Numbered from the stretch's first letter, positions 7,855-17,207 are shown. The stretch is 38,894 nucleotides of DNA from Desulfurella sp. (GCF_023256235.1 NZ_JAGDWY010000067.1:13489-52382), one strand, 5' to 3'. Numbers and translations: made by a program. The notes: generated from the sequence alone by a model not told the origin.

Positions 7855-8475
7855 ATGGATGATGTAAAAGACAAATTAAATGCAATAAGCGAAAAACTCG
7901 ATATTGTACTTGAAGAAGTTTATGCACAAAAAACGCATAGAAAATCTATGGAAGATTTAAATGCAGATGCAATGAAAATTGCTGAAAGTATATACGATAT
8001 TGCGTTAAAAAATTTAGAGGAGATATCAGAATACACAAGCATAGAAAGTTTTTTTTACTTTATGAAAAAACTTGCACGCAATATTGATAATCTTACTAAA
8101 TTATTTGGCAGATTGGAAAGCTTAACAGATTTTTGGGAATCACTTGAGCCTTTAACCAGAGAGATAGCCATTTCTACACAAGAGTATTTGGATAATGTTG
8201 AAAAATTAGGTTATTTCACTTTTTTGAAAGAAATTAAAACTTTAATGGATGGTTTTGTAAAAAATATATCGAGTGAAGATTTTAAAAAATTTAGCCAGAC
8301 AATTTTATGTGCAATTGAAGCTATAAAATTAACTTCAAAAGAAGAAATACAACCTCAATCATTTATAAAAGTTATGAAATCACTTAATAACAAAGATGTA
8401 AAATTATCTATACAGTATTTAGTTAGTTTTTTAGAAAATTTTAACAATCTAAAACAAAAAAATTCTATAGTATAG
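7855..8475 (+). CDS. Helical protein, DUF1641-like
   Basis: Predominantly helical-looking; the C-terminal SFIKVMKSLNNKDVKLSIQYLVSFL resembles the DUF1641 motif; this family is typically found next to SQR-like genes. Confidence 0.6.
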   Translation: MDDVKDKLNAISEKLDIVLEEVYAQKTHRKSMEDLNADAMKIAESIYDIALKNLEEISEYTSIESFFYFMKKLARNIDNLTKLFGRLESLTDFWESLEPLTREIAISTQEYLDNVEKLGYFTFLKEIKTLMDGFVKNISSEDFKKFSQTILCAIEAIKLTSKEEIQPQSFIKVMKSLNNKDVKLSIQYLVSFLENFNNLKQKNSIV

Positions 8476-8485
8476 GAGGCTTTTT

Positions 8486-8803
8486 ATGGGAAATTTGCTT
8501 GTTGGAGGCAAAAGTATACCAACAGATGATGAAGGTTACTTGGTTAATTTTGCTGATTGGACAAAGGAGGTTGCTGAAGTAATAGCTAAAGAAGAAGGTA
8601 TTGAAAATTTAACTGATAGACACTGGCTTGTAATTGAATTTATGCAAAAAGAGTTTAAAGAGCATGGAAGCGGACCTTCCATAAGAAAATTAACTAAAGA
8701 AAGCGGTGTTTCAACTAAGGAACTATACGAACTGTTTCCAAAAGGCCCAGCCAAGAAAGCTGCTAAAATTGCAGGTATAAAAAAACCTGTTGGCTGTGTG
8801 TAG
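8486..8803 (+). CDS. TusE/DsrC family sulfur relay protein (single C-terminal Cys)
   Basis: DDEGYL..F.DW, LTDRHW.VI, LYELFPKGPAKKAAKIAGIKKPVGCV. Penultimate Cys present; the second DsrC Cys is replaced by Ala. Confidence 0.9.
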   Translation: MGNLLVGGKSIPTDDEGYLVNFADWTKEVAEVIAKEEGIENLTDRHWLVIEFMQKEFKEHGSGPSIRKLTKESGVSTKELYELFPKGPAKKAAKIAGIKKPVGCV

Positions 8804-8811
8804 GTGCATGT

Positions 8812-9267
8812 ATGAATAAAGTATCGATAATTATTTCAAAAGGTTCTTTGGATGGCGTATATCCTGGTTTAATTATGGCTAATGGGGCTTTAATGGAAGG
8901 AATTGAAGCTATATTGTTTTTTACTTTTTTTGGCTTAGAAGCTATTATTAAATCTCGCATGGATAAATTAAAAGTTGCAACCGTAGGTAATCCTGCCTTA
9001 CATATACCCTCTTTAGTTGGTATATTGCCTGGTATGTCAAGTTTTGCGAGTTTAAAGATGAAAAAAGAAATGGACAAACTGGATATACCACCCGTTGGTG
9101 AGTTTTTGGAAATGATACATGATGCTGGTGGCAAGATTTATGCTTGCAAGGCTACAGTGGATATGTTTCATTTAAAAAAGGAAGATTTTTGCGAGCAACT
9201 TGATGATATTGTAACAGTGGGTCAGTTTTACGAAATGTCATTAGATGGACATATTATATTTACATAG
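8812..9267 (+). CDS. DsrE2/DrsH-like sulfurtransferase
   Basis: SIIISKGSLD, FFTFFGL, GGKIYACKATVDMF with the conserved Cys. Confidence 0.85.
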   Translation: MNKVSIIISKGSLDGVYPGLIMANGALMEGIEAILFFTFFGLEAIIKSRMDKLKVATVGNPALHIPSLVGILPGMSSFASLKMKKEMDKLDIPPVGEFLEMIHDAGGKIYACKATVDMFHLKKEDFCEQLDDIVTVGQFYEMSLDGHIIFT

Positions 9268-9289
9268 CCCCCTCTTTGTTTGCACATAC

Positions 9290-9318
9290 CTCCCTGCTTG
9301 AAAGCGGGGAGCTTTTTT
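9290..9318 (+). terminator. Rho-independent terminator of the sqr operon
   Basis: Stem CTCCCTGCT-TGAA-AGCGGGGAG (one G-U pair) followed by CTTTTTT. Confidence 0.8.
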
Positions 9319-9326
9319 GTTAATAT
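9298..9326 (+). promoter_or_regulatory. cutA promoter embedded in the upstream terminator
   Basis: TTGAAA 9298-9303, 17 bp, TAATAT 9321-9326, extended TG at 9318-9319; 6 nt separate the -10 from the ATG. Confidence 0.55.
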
Positions 9327-9332
9327 AAAATT

Positions 9333-9653
9333 ATGAGTGATTTTGTAATTATTCTTACAACTTCAGATAAAAAAGAAACGCTTGAGCGTATTGCTACTTA
9401 TTTAGTTGAACAAAGACTTGCAGCATGTTGTCAGATTGTAGGCCTAATTGAAAGTTTTTATATTTATGAAGGTAAATTTGAAAATACAAATGAGTACTTA
9501 TGCATAATAAAAACACATAGTAGTTTGTATAACAAAGTCGAAAGCGCAATAAAGCTTTTACATAATTACAAAACTCCTGAGATAGTAGAGATTGATATTC
9601 AAAAATTAAATTTAGACTACCTAAAATGGATGAAAGAAGTATTAAATATTTGA
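9333..9653 (+). CDS. cutA: Divalent-cation tolerance protein CutA
   Basis: LVEQRLAACCQ, ESFYIYEG, IKT, LHNYKTPEI, YLKWM motifs; 106 aa. Confidence 0.92.
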   Translation: MSDFVIILTTSDKKETLERIATYLVEQRLAACCQIVGLIESFYIYEGKFENTNEYLCIIKTHSSLYNKVESAIKLLHNYKTPEIVEIDIQKLNLDYLKWMKEVLNI

Positions 9654-9821
9654 TTTTTTTAATTTTTGAGCGATTTTTAAAAATTTAATTTCACGTAAAC
9701 TTTAAGTCAAATGTTTTTTGGTAATATTTTGGTAGCCTATATTGCCTATAAGCTAATTTGCACTATTTTTTAAGTATTGGGATTTTAAAACTAAATAGAA
9801 TTTTTATGTTAAATTTATTTT

Positions 9822-10487
9822 ATGTTAAATTTAGAAGAAATTCAAAATCTTGATATAAAAAAATTAGAAATACTTGATAGATCATTTTTTGTCAGAAACG
9901 ATATACAGCAAATAGCAAGACAACTTTTGGGTAAATTACTTATTACAAATACAAATGAGGGCTTAAGTGGAGGTATAATTTGCGAAACAGAAGGTTATTT
10001 TGGTTCAATTGATCTTGCTTGCCATGCTCATAAAAATAAAATTACAAAAAGAAATGCTGCTTTATATAAGGAAGGTGGCATATTGTATGTACACACATGC
10101 AGAGGTCATGTGATGCTGAATGTAGTGACAAATAAAGAAAATATACCACATGGTATTTTAATAAGGGGTATTGTTCCGATAATAGGTATTGATTTGATGA
10201 GAAAAAGAAGAGGATTTATAAAAGATTCAATGCTTGCAAATGGCCCAGGAAAGCTTACGAAGGCTTTGGGTATTACAATGCAACATAATATGCTAAAGAT
10301 TTGTAAAGACAAATTTGACATTTTTTTGGAATTACCAGAAATTTGTATACTGGATTTAAATTTATATATTGATAAGAAAATGATTAAACAAACTCCACGC
10401 ATTGGTGTAGATTACGCAAAGGCATGGGCAAATACACCTTTGAGGTTTGTGATTTTGCCACAATTGTTCCATAAAATACAATTTTGA
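9822..10487 (+). CDS. mpg: DNA-3-methyladenine glycosylase (MPG/AAG family)
   Basis: ARQLLGK, ICETEGY, D.ACHA, GILIRG, LANGPGKLTKALGI, PRIGV...PLRF. Confidence 0.9.
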   Translation: MLNLEEIQNLDIKKLEILDRSFFVRNDIQQIARQLLGKLLITNTNEGLSGGIICETEGYFGSIDLACHAHKNKITKRNAALYKEGGILYVHTCRGHVMLNVVTNKENIPHGILIRGIVPIIGIDLMRKRRGFIKDSMLANGPGKLTKALGITMQHNMLKICKDKFDIFLELPEICILDLNLYIDKKMIKQTPRIGVDYAKAWANTPLRFVILPQLFHKIQF

Positions 10488-10581
10488 AGAATCATTTACT
10501 AAAATTTTTTACACAAATATTCCATAAAATTTTCATATTATGGTTTATATACTTAGCAGAACAAAATAAGGAGGTTTTAAA

Positions 10582-10776
10582 ATGTTGGATGATTGGCATG
10601 TAATGGTTGTGGTTTTGATATTTGCTTTGATTTTTGGAGCAAAAAAGTTGCCAGAGATAGGTTCAGGTATAGGTAAAGGTATAAAAAATTTCAAGGAATC
10701 ATTAAAGGATGAAGAAAAAACACCAAATAGCGAGGATACAAAAATAATTGAAGACAAAACACATTCAAAAGATTGA
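10582..10776 (+). CDS. tatA: Twin-arginine translocase subunit TatA/E
   Basis: TM helix followed by FGAKKLPEIGSGIGKGIKNFK; SD AAGGAGG. Confidence 0.92.
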   Translation: MLDDWHVMVVVLIFALIFGAKKLPEIGSGIGKGIKNFKESLKDEEKTPNSEDTKIIEDKTHSKD

Positions 10777-10916
10777 GTGATTTGTAAGTTATAAGTTTTA
10801 AAAAACTAATCATGTTAAACGGATTGTAAAGAATGAATGTGTTAGGTTTTGTCTCGTCAGTAGTTTTTGTTGTAATTTCATTTTTTTTAATTTTTTTTGT
10901 ATTTTGAAGGTGGTTT

Positions 10917-11009
10917 ATGCAAAATTCACCATTTAGCATCGGAATTGGGGTATTTATTTTTTTTGTTTTATCTGGTGGACTTATTCTTTTGTTTTTAAAA
11001 AAGAAATGA
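10917..11009 (+). CDS. Putative 30-aa single-TM small protein
   Basis: MQNSPFSIGIGVFIFFVLSGGLILLFLKKK; SD-like GAAGG at 10906-10910, 6 nt before the ATG; below the ORF-track length cutoff. Confidence 0.4.
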   Translation: MQNSPFSIGIGVFIFFVLSGGLILLFLKKK

Positions 11010-11022
11010 ATCGATTAAAATT

Positions 11023-12966
11023 ATGAAAAAAATTCTTATCATAGTTGGTTTATTTTTCTTTTTAATTTTTATGGGATTGGGTTCGTTTGCATATACGCTT
11101 TATTTGCAGACAAATAAAGATTTTAATAATCTTTTAAATGGAGAAAAGTTTTCAAAACCCACTAAAATCTATGCTCAAAATGGTCAATGTATAGCCATTA
11201 TAGGACCACAAAACAGACAGATTGTAACGTTTAATCAAATTGATTTAAATATGAAAAAAGCTATACTGGCGGCAGAGGACAGCAGATTTTATCAACATGG
11301 ACCAGTAAGTTTTAGAAGCATTCTGAGGGCAGCTTTTGAAGATTTAATACATGGTAAAGTTGTGCAGGGTGGCAGCACCCTCACGCAGCAACTTGTCAAA
11401 AATTTATATTTGACGCCTAAAAAGACGCTTTATAGAAAACTCAAAGAAGCGGTATTATCATACAAAATATCAAGGCATCTTACAAAAAATCAAATACTTA
11501 CCTTGTATTTAAATACAGTTTATTTTGGAAACGGCGCTTATGGTATTCAAATGGCAAGTAAATCATATTTTAATGAAAATGCTGACCAATTAACCATACC
11601 TCAAGCAGCTATGCTTGCCGGTCTTGTCCAGGCGCCGACATTGTACGATCCTTATGTTAACCCTTCTCTTGCAGAAAAAAGAACACTTTATGTCTTAGAA
11701 AGAATGTATGAAGATAAGTTTATTACAAAAAAACAGTACTGGCAGGCAGTACATTCTAAAATTGTTCTAAGAAAGCAAAGTTCGTTTTATGCTTATGGAT
11801 ATCAATATAAAGATGGATATTTTATTGAACATGTTAAAAATTGGCTTGTTAGACATTATGGTGAAGAAGTGGTAGATAAAGGTGGTTTAAAAGTATATAC
11901 AACTTTAAACCCGAAACTTCAATATTATGCTTATCTAGCAGTCAAAAATGGTATAGCAAGGCTCACAAAAAATCTTAAAGCTCCATATTACGTAGTAGAT
12001 GTTAGAAAGTGGTTGATTGAGCATTATGGTAAAAATTCTGATCTGGAAGCAGATTTGATATCTGTAAATCCAAAAAATGGCTATGTAGAGGCTTTGGTGG
12101 GTGGAGTTAGCTATAAAAAAACTCAGTATGATAGGGTAATTCAAGCTCAAAGGCAGCCAGGTAGCGCTTTTAAGCCTATTGTTTATCTTACAGCGTTAGA
12201 AGAAGGCTTTACTCCATTGGATAAGATTGATGATGAGCCAGTTGAGTATAGATACGGCAATAAAGTTTGGGCACCTCAAAATTATACGTTAAGATTTCAT
12301 GGTCCTATTACACTTGAGTATGCTCTTGCACATTCTGTGAATGTTGCGACAGTAAAATTACTGGATAAAATTGGTATTGAAAATGTTATTGTCAATGCAA
12401 GAAGATTGGGTATTACAGAACCAATACCGCATAATTTAACTATAGCCCTTGGTTCATCTTCTGTAACATTGGAGCAACTAAGCCGTGTATATTGCACAAT
12501 AGATAATTATGGTTTAAAACCAAAATTAATTTTTATAAGAAAGATTTACAATAAAGACAAACAATTGATCTACGAAAATAATCCTAAATTAGTAAGAGTT
12601 TTTCCTAAAGATTTAGGATTTATCTTAACAAAAATGTTAGAAAAAGTTGTAAAAGAAGGCACAGGTGTCTACGCAAAAGCACTTGGAAGACCTATAGCAG
12701 CAAAAACTGGCACATCCAATCATGCTAGAGATAACTGGTTTATGGGTTTTACACCTCAACTTGTAACTGGCGTTTGGGTTGGATTTGATGATTATAAACC
12801 TTGTGGACCTTACGCAGTAGGCGCTACAATGGCTTTGCCTATATGGCTAAATTATATGCAAAATGCTTTATCTGGAAAGCCTGTGGAAAATTTTCCCGTG
12901 CCAAATCATTTACCACTTATAATGTCAAATTTTTTGTTTAAAAAAACACACATGCAGTCTGGTTGA
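11023..12966 (+). CDS. Class A penicillin-binding protein (PBP1A family)
   Basis: N-terminal TM; glycosyltransferase motifs EDSRF, GGSTLTQQL, RKLKE, YLN; transpeptidase motifs SAFK, SVN, KTG. Confidence 0.95.
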   Translation: MKKILIIVGLFFFLIFMGLGSFAYTLYLQTNKDFNNLLNGEKFSKPTKIYAQNGQCIAIIGPQNRQIVTFNQIDLNMKKAILAAEDSRFYQHGPVSFRSILRAAFEDLIHGKVVQGGSTLTQQLVKNLYLTPKKTLYRKLKEAVLSYKISRHLTKNQILTLYLNTVYFGNGAYGIQMASKSYFNENADQLTIPQAAMLAGLVQAPTLYDPYVNPSLAEKRTLYVLERMYEDKFITKKQYWQAVHSKIVLRKQSSFYAYGYQYKDGYFIEHVKNWLVRHYGEEVVDKGGLKVYTTLNPKLQYYAYLAVKNGIARLTKNLKAPYYVVDVRKWLIEHYGKNSDLEADLISVNPKNGYVEALVGGVSYKKTQYDRVIQAQRQPGSAFKPIVYLTALEEGFTPLDKIDDEPVEYRYGNKVWAPQNYTLRFHGPITLEYALAHSVNVATVKLLDKIGIENVIVNARRLGITEPIPHNLTIALGSSSVTLEQLSRVYCTIDNYGLKPKLIFIRKIYNKDKQLIYENNPKLVRVFPKDLGFILTKMLEKVVKEGTGVYAKALGRPIAAKTGTSNHARDNWFMGFTPQLVTGVWVGFDDYKPCGPYAVGATMALPIWLNYMQNALSGKPVENFPVPNHLPLIMSNFLFKKTHMQSG

Positions 12967-12971
12967 AAAAT

Positions 12972-13000
12972 TTGAAAAAGCTTTTCAAGTTTAGTATACT
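12972..13000 (+). promoter_or_regulatory. Sigma70-type promoter for the queF-ior run
   Basis: TTGAAA 12972-12977, 17 bp, TATACT 12995-13000; inverted repeat TTGAAAA-AGC-TTTTCAA overlaps the -35. Confidence 0.6.
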
Positions 13001-13009
13001 TTATTGAGT

Positions 13010-13405
13010 ATGAGATATGGCGAGGAAGCAATATTAAACAATAAACTTGAAAAGTGGGAAAATAAGAATGAATTTAAATTTGAAATACATATTGAGTTTG
13101 GAGAATTTACTTGTTTGTGTCCACGCAGTGGTTATCCAGATTTTGCCACAATAAGGATTAAATACGTACCGGATAAATACGTTGTAGAGCTTAAAAGCTT
13201 AAAATTATTTTTAAATAGTTTTAGAAACAAGTATATATCGCACGAAGATTCAATAAATTTAATTTATTCCACTTTGTTTAATTTTTTAGAGCCCATTTAT
13301 CTTGAAATTATAGGAGATTTTAACCCCAGGGGTAATGTAAAAACTATAATAAAAATTGATTCTAATATGCAGGGGGAGTATTTTGAGAAAAATAATAAGC
13401 GGTAA
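13010..13405 (+). CDS. queF: NADPH-dependent 7-cyano-7-deazaguanine reductase (type I QueF)
   Basis: [15 protein letters not shown] (catalytic Cys/Asp), QueF motif [21 protein letters not shown] 13010 preferred over TTG 13004. Confidence 0.93.
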   Translation: MRYGEEAILNNKLEKWENKNEFKFEIHIEFGEFTCLCPRSGYPDFATIRIKYVPDKYVVELKSLKLFLNSFRNKYISHEDSINLIYSTLFNFLEPIYLEIIGDFNPRGNVKTIIKIDSNMQGEYFEKNNKR

Positions 13406-15140
13406 TGAAGCAATAGCAATAGGCGCATACAGGGCAAATGCGAGCTTTGCAAGCGGCTATCCTGGAACACCATCCAGTGAAATTTTAGAATATACAAAAA
13501 CTTTTGAAGATATAAAAGTTCAGTGGGCAAGCAACGAAAAAAGTGCTTTTGAGCAGGCATTGGGCTCAAGTATAGCAGGTAGGCGTAGTTTTGTTACAAT
13601 GAAGCACGTTGGCTTAAATGTAGCCGCAGATAGCCTTATGAGTTCATCCTATACTGGTGTAAATGCTGGTTTTGTTGTTGTAGTAGCAGACGATCCTGGG
13701 ATGCATTCTTCTCAAAACGAGCAAGACACCAGGCTTTTTGCAAAATTTGCACAAGTGCCAATTTTAGAGCCGTCTGATGCAAAAGAAGCTATGGGATTTA
13801 TGCAGTATGCTTTTTCTCTAAGCGAAGAATACGATACGCCTGTAATATTGCGTTCTACAACACGTGTGTCTCACACCCAGGAGCTTGTTTATTTTGATAT
13901 GCACAAACTGGGGGGAATGGAAGATAAACTTTTAGCTAAAAATATTTCAAAATATGTGCTTGTGCCAAAAAATGCGCTTTTAAGGCATAAAAAGTTGTTG
14001 GAAAGAAATACAAAACTACAAAAGCTAACAAACGAAATACCATTAAATAAAATGGAACAAGGCAGTTTAAACGTTGGCATCATAACAAGCGGTGTTTCTT
14101 ACCTTTATGCAAAAGAACTCTTGCCTGAAGCAAATTTTTTAAAAATTGGCTTAAGTTGGCCTTTTCCTATAGATTTAGCAAAAGAATTTGCTAAAAACTT
14201 TGAAAAAGTTATTGTTATAGAAGAACTTGAGCCATACATTGAAGAGCAACTCAAAATAGCTGACATAAAGAATGTAGAAGGTAAAAAGTTTTTTCCTCAA
14301 GATGGTGAATTCAATTTAGACATTGTTGAAGAAGGTTTAGCTAAAGCATCTGTTTTGGAAAAGCGCCATAAAAAATACTTTGAAGTGCCTAAAAATTTGC
14401 CTTTAAGACCGCCTGTGTTGTGTCCTGGGTGTCCTCATAGACCTATTTTTGACATACTGCATTCATTGAGGGTGTACGTCACTGGCGATATAGGGTGCTA
14501 CACTCTTGGTGCAGCTGCGCCATTATCCAGTATACATACAACTGTTTGTATGGGTGCCAGTATTTCTATGGGCTATGGGATTGCAAAAGCCAGCCAAAAT
14601 CACAAGATTGTATCTGTTATTGGAGACTCTACATTTTTGCATACAGGTATCCAGCCATTGATTGATGCTTATGTAAATAATGTAGCCTACACTGTAATCA
14701 TACTTGATAATTCTATTACAGCTATGACCGGCGGTCAGCCTGATGCTGTATCTGGTTTTAATATAAAAAATGAACCTGCCCCTAAGGTAGATTTGGAAAA
14801 TTTAGTGCGCTCAATTGGCATAAAAAGAGTATTTAAAGTTGACCAGTACGATTACAAAAAAACCAAAGAAATTATAGAGCAAGAGGTAAACACAAAAGAA
14901 TTAAGTGTAATAATTGCTACAAGACCCTGTGTTTTGGCACCAATAAAAATCAAAGAAATGCCTTATTTTGTAATTGTAGATAAATGCATTGATTGCAAGA
15001 GGTGTTTAAGAATAGGCTGTCCTGCGATCGGATACAAAGAAAATAAAGCCTATATTATTGAAGATTTATGTACGGGATGTGGACTTTGTGCTGAAGTTTG
15101 TCCTACACTTGCTATTGTAAAAGGTGAATCAAATGAATAA
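13383..15140 (+). CDS. iorA: Indolepyruvate:ferredoxin oxidoreductase alpha subunit
   Basis: [55 protein letters not shown] (TPP), two C-terminal ferredoxin motifs. SD GGGGGAG supports a TTG start at 13383. Confidence 0.93.
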   Translation: MRKIISGNEAIAIGAYRANASFASGYPGTPSSEILEYTKTFEDIKVQWASNEKSAFEQALGSSIAGRRSFVTMKHVGLNVAADSLMSSSYTGVNAGFVVVVADDPGMHSSQNEQDTRLFAKFAQVPILEPSDAKEAMGFMQYAFSLSEEYDTPVILRSTTRVSHTQELVYFDMHKLGGMEDKLLAKNISKYVLVPKNALLRHKKLLERNTKLQKLTNEIPLNKMEQGSLNVGIITSGVSYLYAKELLPEANFLKIGLSWPFPIDLAKEFAKNFEKVIVIEELEPYIEEQLKIADIKNVEGKKFFPQDGEFNLDIVEEGLAKASVLEKRHKKYFEVPKNLPLRPPVLCPGCPHRPIFDILHSLRVYVTGDIGCYTLGAAAPLSSIHTTVCMGASISMGYGIAKASQNHKIVSVIGDSTFLHTGIQPLIDAYVNNVAYTVIILDNSITAMTGGQPDAVSGFNIKNEPAPKVDLENLVRSIGIKRVFKVDQYDYKKTKEIIEQEVNTKELSVIIATRPCVLAPIKIKEMPYFVIVDKCIDCKRCLRIGCPAIGYKENKAYIIEDLCTGCGLCAEVCPTLAIVKGESNE

Positions 15141-15693
15141 AAGTATAATATTTTGCGGTGTTGGTGGTGATGGTATTATTACTGCATCAAATATCTGTGC
15201 TGTGGCTTTAATGAGAGCTAATTTTGATGTTAAAAAAAGCGAAGTTCATGGTATGAGTCAAAGGGGTGGAAGCGTTAATGCATTTTTGGTTTATGGTAAA
15301 AAAGTTTACTCTTTTTTGCCAGCAAAAGGTAGTTTAAATTATATGTTTGCAAGTGAAAAACTTGAAGCTTTGCGCAATGTAGATTACTTAAACCCAGACT
15401 CAAAACTTCTTGTAAATGATAGGATTGTTCCTATTGTTGGTGCAAATATAGACGAAGCTCAAATTGAAGAAAGCCTAAAAAGTTACTCTTTGGATTTAAA
15501 GCTCATAAACTTCAATGATTTAGCAAAGCAACATAACATGCAAAAAGCAATTAATACAATTATGCTTGGATACTTTTCAAAAATCATAGAAATAGATAAA
15601 AAGTACTTTATCAGAGCGATCTCTGACAATTTAAGTCCCAAACTGATTGATATAAATATTGAAGCTTTTGAGATAGGATTTAATCTCCAATGA
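15133..15693 (+). CDS. iorB: Indolepyruvate:ferredoxin oxidoreductase beta subunit
   Basis: GVGGDG, KSEVHGMSQRGGSV, EALR, NTIMLG, N.EAF.IG; overlaps the iorA stop. Confidence 0.92.
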   Translation: MNKSIIFCGVGGDGIITASNICAVALMRANFDVKKSEVHGMSQRGGSVNAFLVYGKKVYSFLPAKGSLNYMFASEKLEALRNVDYLNPDSKLLVNDRIVPIVGANIDEAQIEESLKSYSLDLKLINFNDLAKQHNMQKAINTIMLGYFSKIIEIDKKYFIRAISDNLSPKLIDINIEAFEIGFNLQ

Positions 15694-17207
15694 ACCAATT
15701 TTTGCATCTAAATGAATTTACAAAACGCCTAGATAGTTCTCAAGAAATCCAACAGGTTGCAAAACTAACCGAGTATGCTCTAAAAAAAATTTTTAATGCA
15801 ACATTTTTTGGTTTTTTTTTAAAAGAAAACAATACTATAAAACCTGTATATACTAATTTTGATGCTCAAATAATTTTTGATTGTAGAAAGTTTTATAATA
15901 TAGGTCACGAAAGTTTTATTGTTCATATAGACGATATTGATAGTAAAAATTATTTGCATAGAATTTTAACATTTAACCAATTAAATTATTTTATAGCTCA
16001 GTCGTTTGTTTGTGAAAATGGTTTTGAAATTATTTTAAATTTTGGCGTGAAAGGTTTGTTCAAAGACTCTCTTGAATACATGGAAAGTTTCTTGAATGTT
16101 ATAAAGTTAAAATTAAAATACCTATTTTCTATTAATACTTTAAAAAAATCACTAGAAAATGCAAAATCTATTTTAAACAGTTCATTAAATCTTTTATCCA
16201 ATTTGGCTGAAATAAGAGATGTTTACACCAAAGGTCACATGCAACGTGTTGCATTTTATGCTAAAAAAATAGCTATTAATTTAAAACTAAAAAATATTGA
16301 TATTATAGAAAGAGCTGCGCTTTTGCACGATATTGGAAAAATTGGTATACCTGATGCAATTTTACTAAAACCTTCCAAATTATCTGAGCAAGAATATAAT
16401 TTTATCAAAAAACACCCTGAATTTTCTGAGTTTATATTATCTCAAGTGAAAGGTTTTGAAGATATTGTGAAAATAATAAGATCTCACCACGAGTTTTTAG
16501 ATGGCACTGGTTATCCTGATGGTTTAAAAAATGGACAGATAATGCTTGAAGCAAAAATTATAACTATTGCGGATATATTTGATGCTTTAACAACAGATAG
16601 GCCGTATAGAAAAGCAATGAAGCCAGATAAAGCTATAGAATTTATGTTTAATAATTTTAAAGGAAAAATTGACGAAAATATATTAAAAACCTCAGTAGCA
16701 GTTTTATTGGAAGCAAAAAATATGATTTGTGAAGATCAAGATTATAATAAACAATTTGAAGAGATGAGAAACATGGTATTTTTTATAGATTATGAAACTG
16801 GCTTTTACTCTAAATATTACCTGCCAAAATTTTCACATAGTTTAGATAAAAAGGTACAATTTTTGTTGCTTGATTTACAAGATATGAGAACAATTAATTT
16901 TACATACTCAAGGATTATTGGAGATCAGTTGATTTATAAATTCTCTCAATTTATAAGAGAAGTTTTTGCAAAGTACAACAGTGAATTCTTTAGAGTAGGC
17001 GGTGATTCATTTATAGTGGTATTAAAAGAAAAACCAAGTAATTTGATAAACGATATATTGGATCTAGATTCTAAACTTAAAGCGTCGTTTACAAGTATAA
17101 ATCCATCTTTCTGGTATGCTTGTTGTGATTATAAAGAGACTGATAATATTAATATTTGTTTACAAGAGCTGACAAATAAAATATTTTATAAAAGGAGAAT
17201 TTCATAA
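15690..17207 (+). CDS. HD-GYP c-di-GMP phosphodiesterase with a C-terminal degenerate GGDEF domain
   Basis: YTKGH..RV, LHDIGKIG, HHEFLDGTGYPDGL, ADIFDALTTDRPYRKA; C-terminal D..TG, GD.L and RVGGDSF. Confidence 0.88.
   Translation: MNQFLHLNEFTKRLDSSQEIQQVAKLTEYALKKIFNATFFGFFLKENNTIKPVYTNFDAQIIFDCRKFYNIGHESFIVHIDDIDSKNYLHRILTFNQLNYFIAQSFVCENGFEIILNFGVKGLFKDSLEYMESFLNVIKLKLKYLFSINTLKKSLENAKSILNSSLNLLSNLAEIRDVYTKGHMQRVAFYAKKIAINLKLKNIDIIERAALLHDIGKIGIPDAILLKPSKLSEQEYNFIKKHPEFSEFILSQVKGFEDIVKIIRSHHEFLDGTGYPDGLKNGQIMLEAKIITIADIFDALTTDRPYRKAMKPDKAIEFMFNNFKGKIDENILKTSVAVLLEAKNMICEDQDYNKQFEEMRNMVFFIDYETGFYSKYYLPKFSHSLDKKVQFLLLDLQDMRTINFTYSRIIGDQLIYKFSQFIREVFAKYNSEFFRVGGDSFIVVLKEKPSNLINDILDLDSKLKASFTSINPSFWYACCDYKETDNINICLQELTNKIFYKRRIS

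Noticed and set aside
8486-8803. DsrC as a marker of dissimilatory sulfite reduction
   Set aside because: The second conserved Cys is replaced by Ala (AAKIAG) and there are no dsrAB/dsrMK genes in the window; TusE-type is the better call.
9711-9773. 20-aa hydrophobic ORF MFFGNILVAYIAYKLICTIF and a sigma54-like TTGGTA...TTGC
   Set aside because: No SD and too short to support. The GG-to-GC distance is 13 rather than the 12 required for sigma54.
10905-10930. Selenocysteine codon with SECIS
   Set aside because: The hairpin is weak and the peptide has no redox-motif context; kept only as a micro-ORF observation.
10691-10939. 82-aa minus-strand ORF overlapping tatA
   Set aside because: Overlaps tatA antisense, has no SD and no motif.
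12972-12988. XerH-type dif site (TTGAAAA...TTTTCAA)
   Set aside because: The spacer is 3 bp rather than the 6-bp core I recall for difH, and the element coincides with a well-spaced -35 box.
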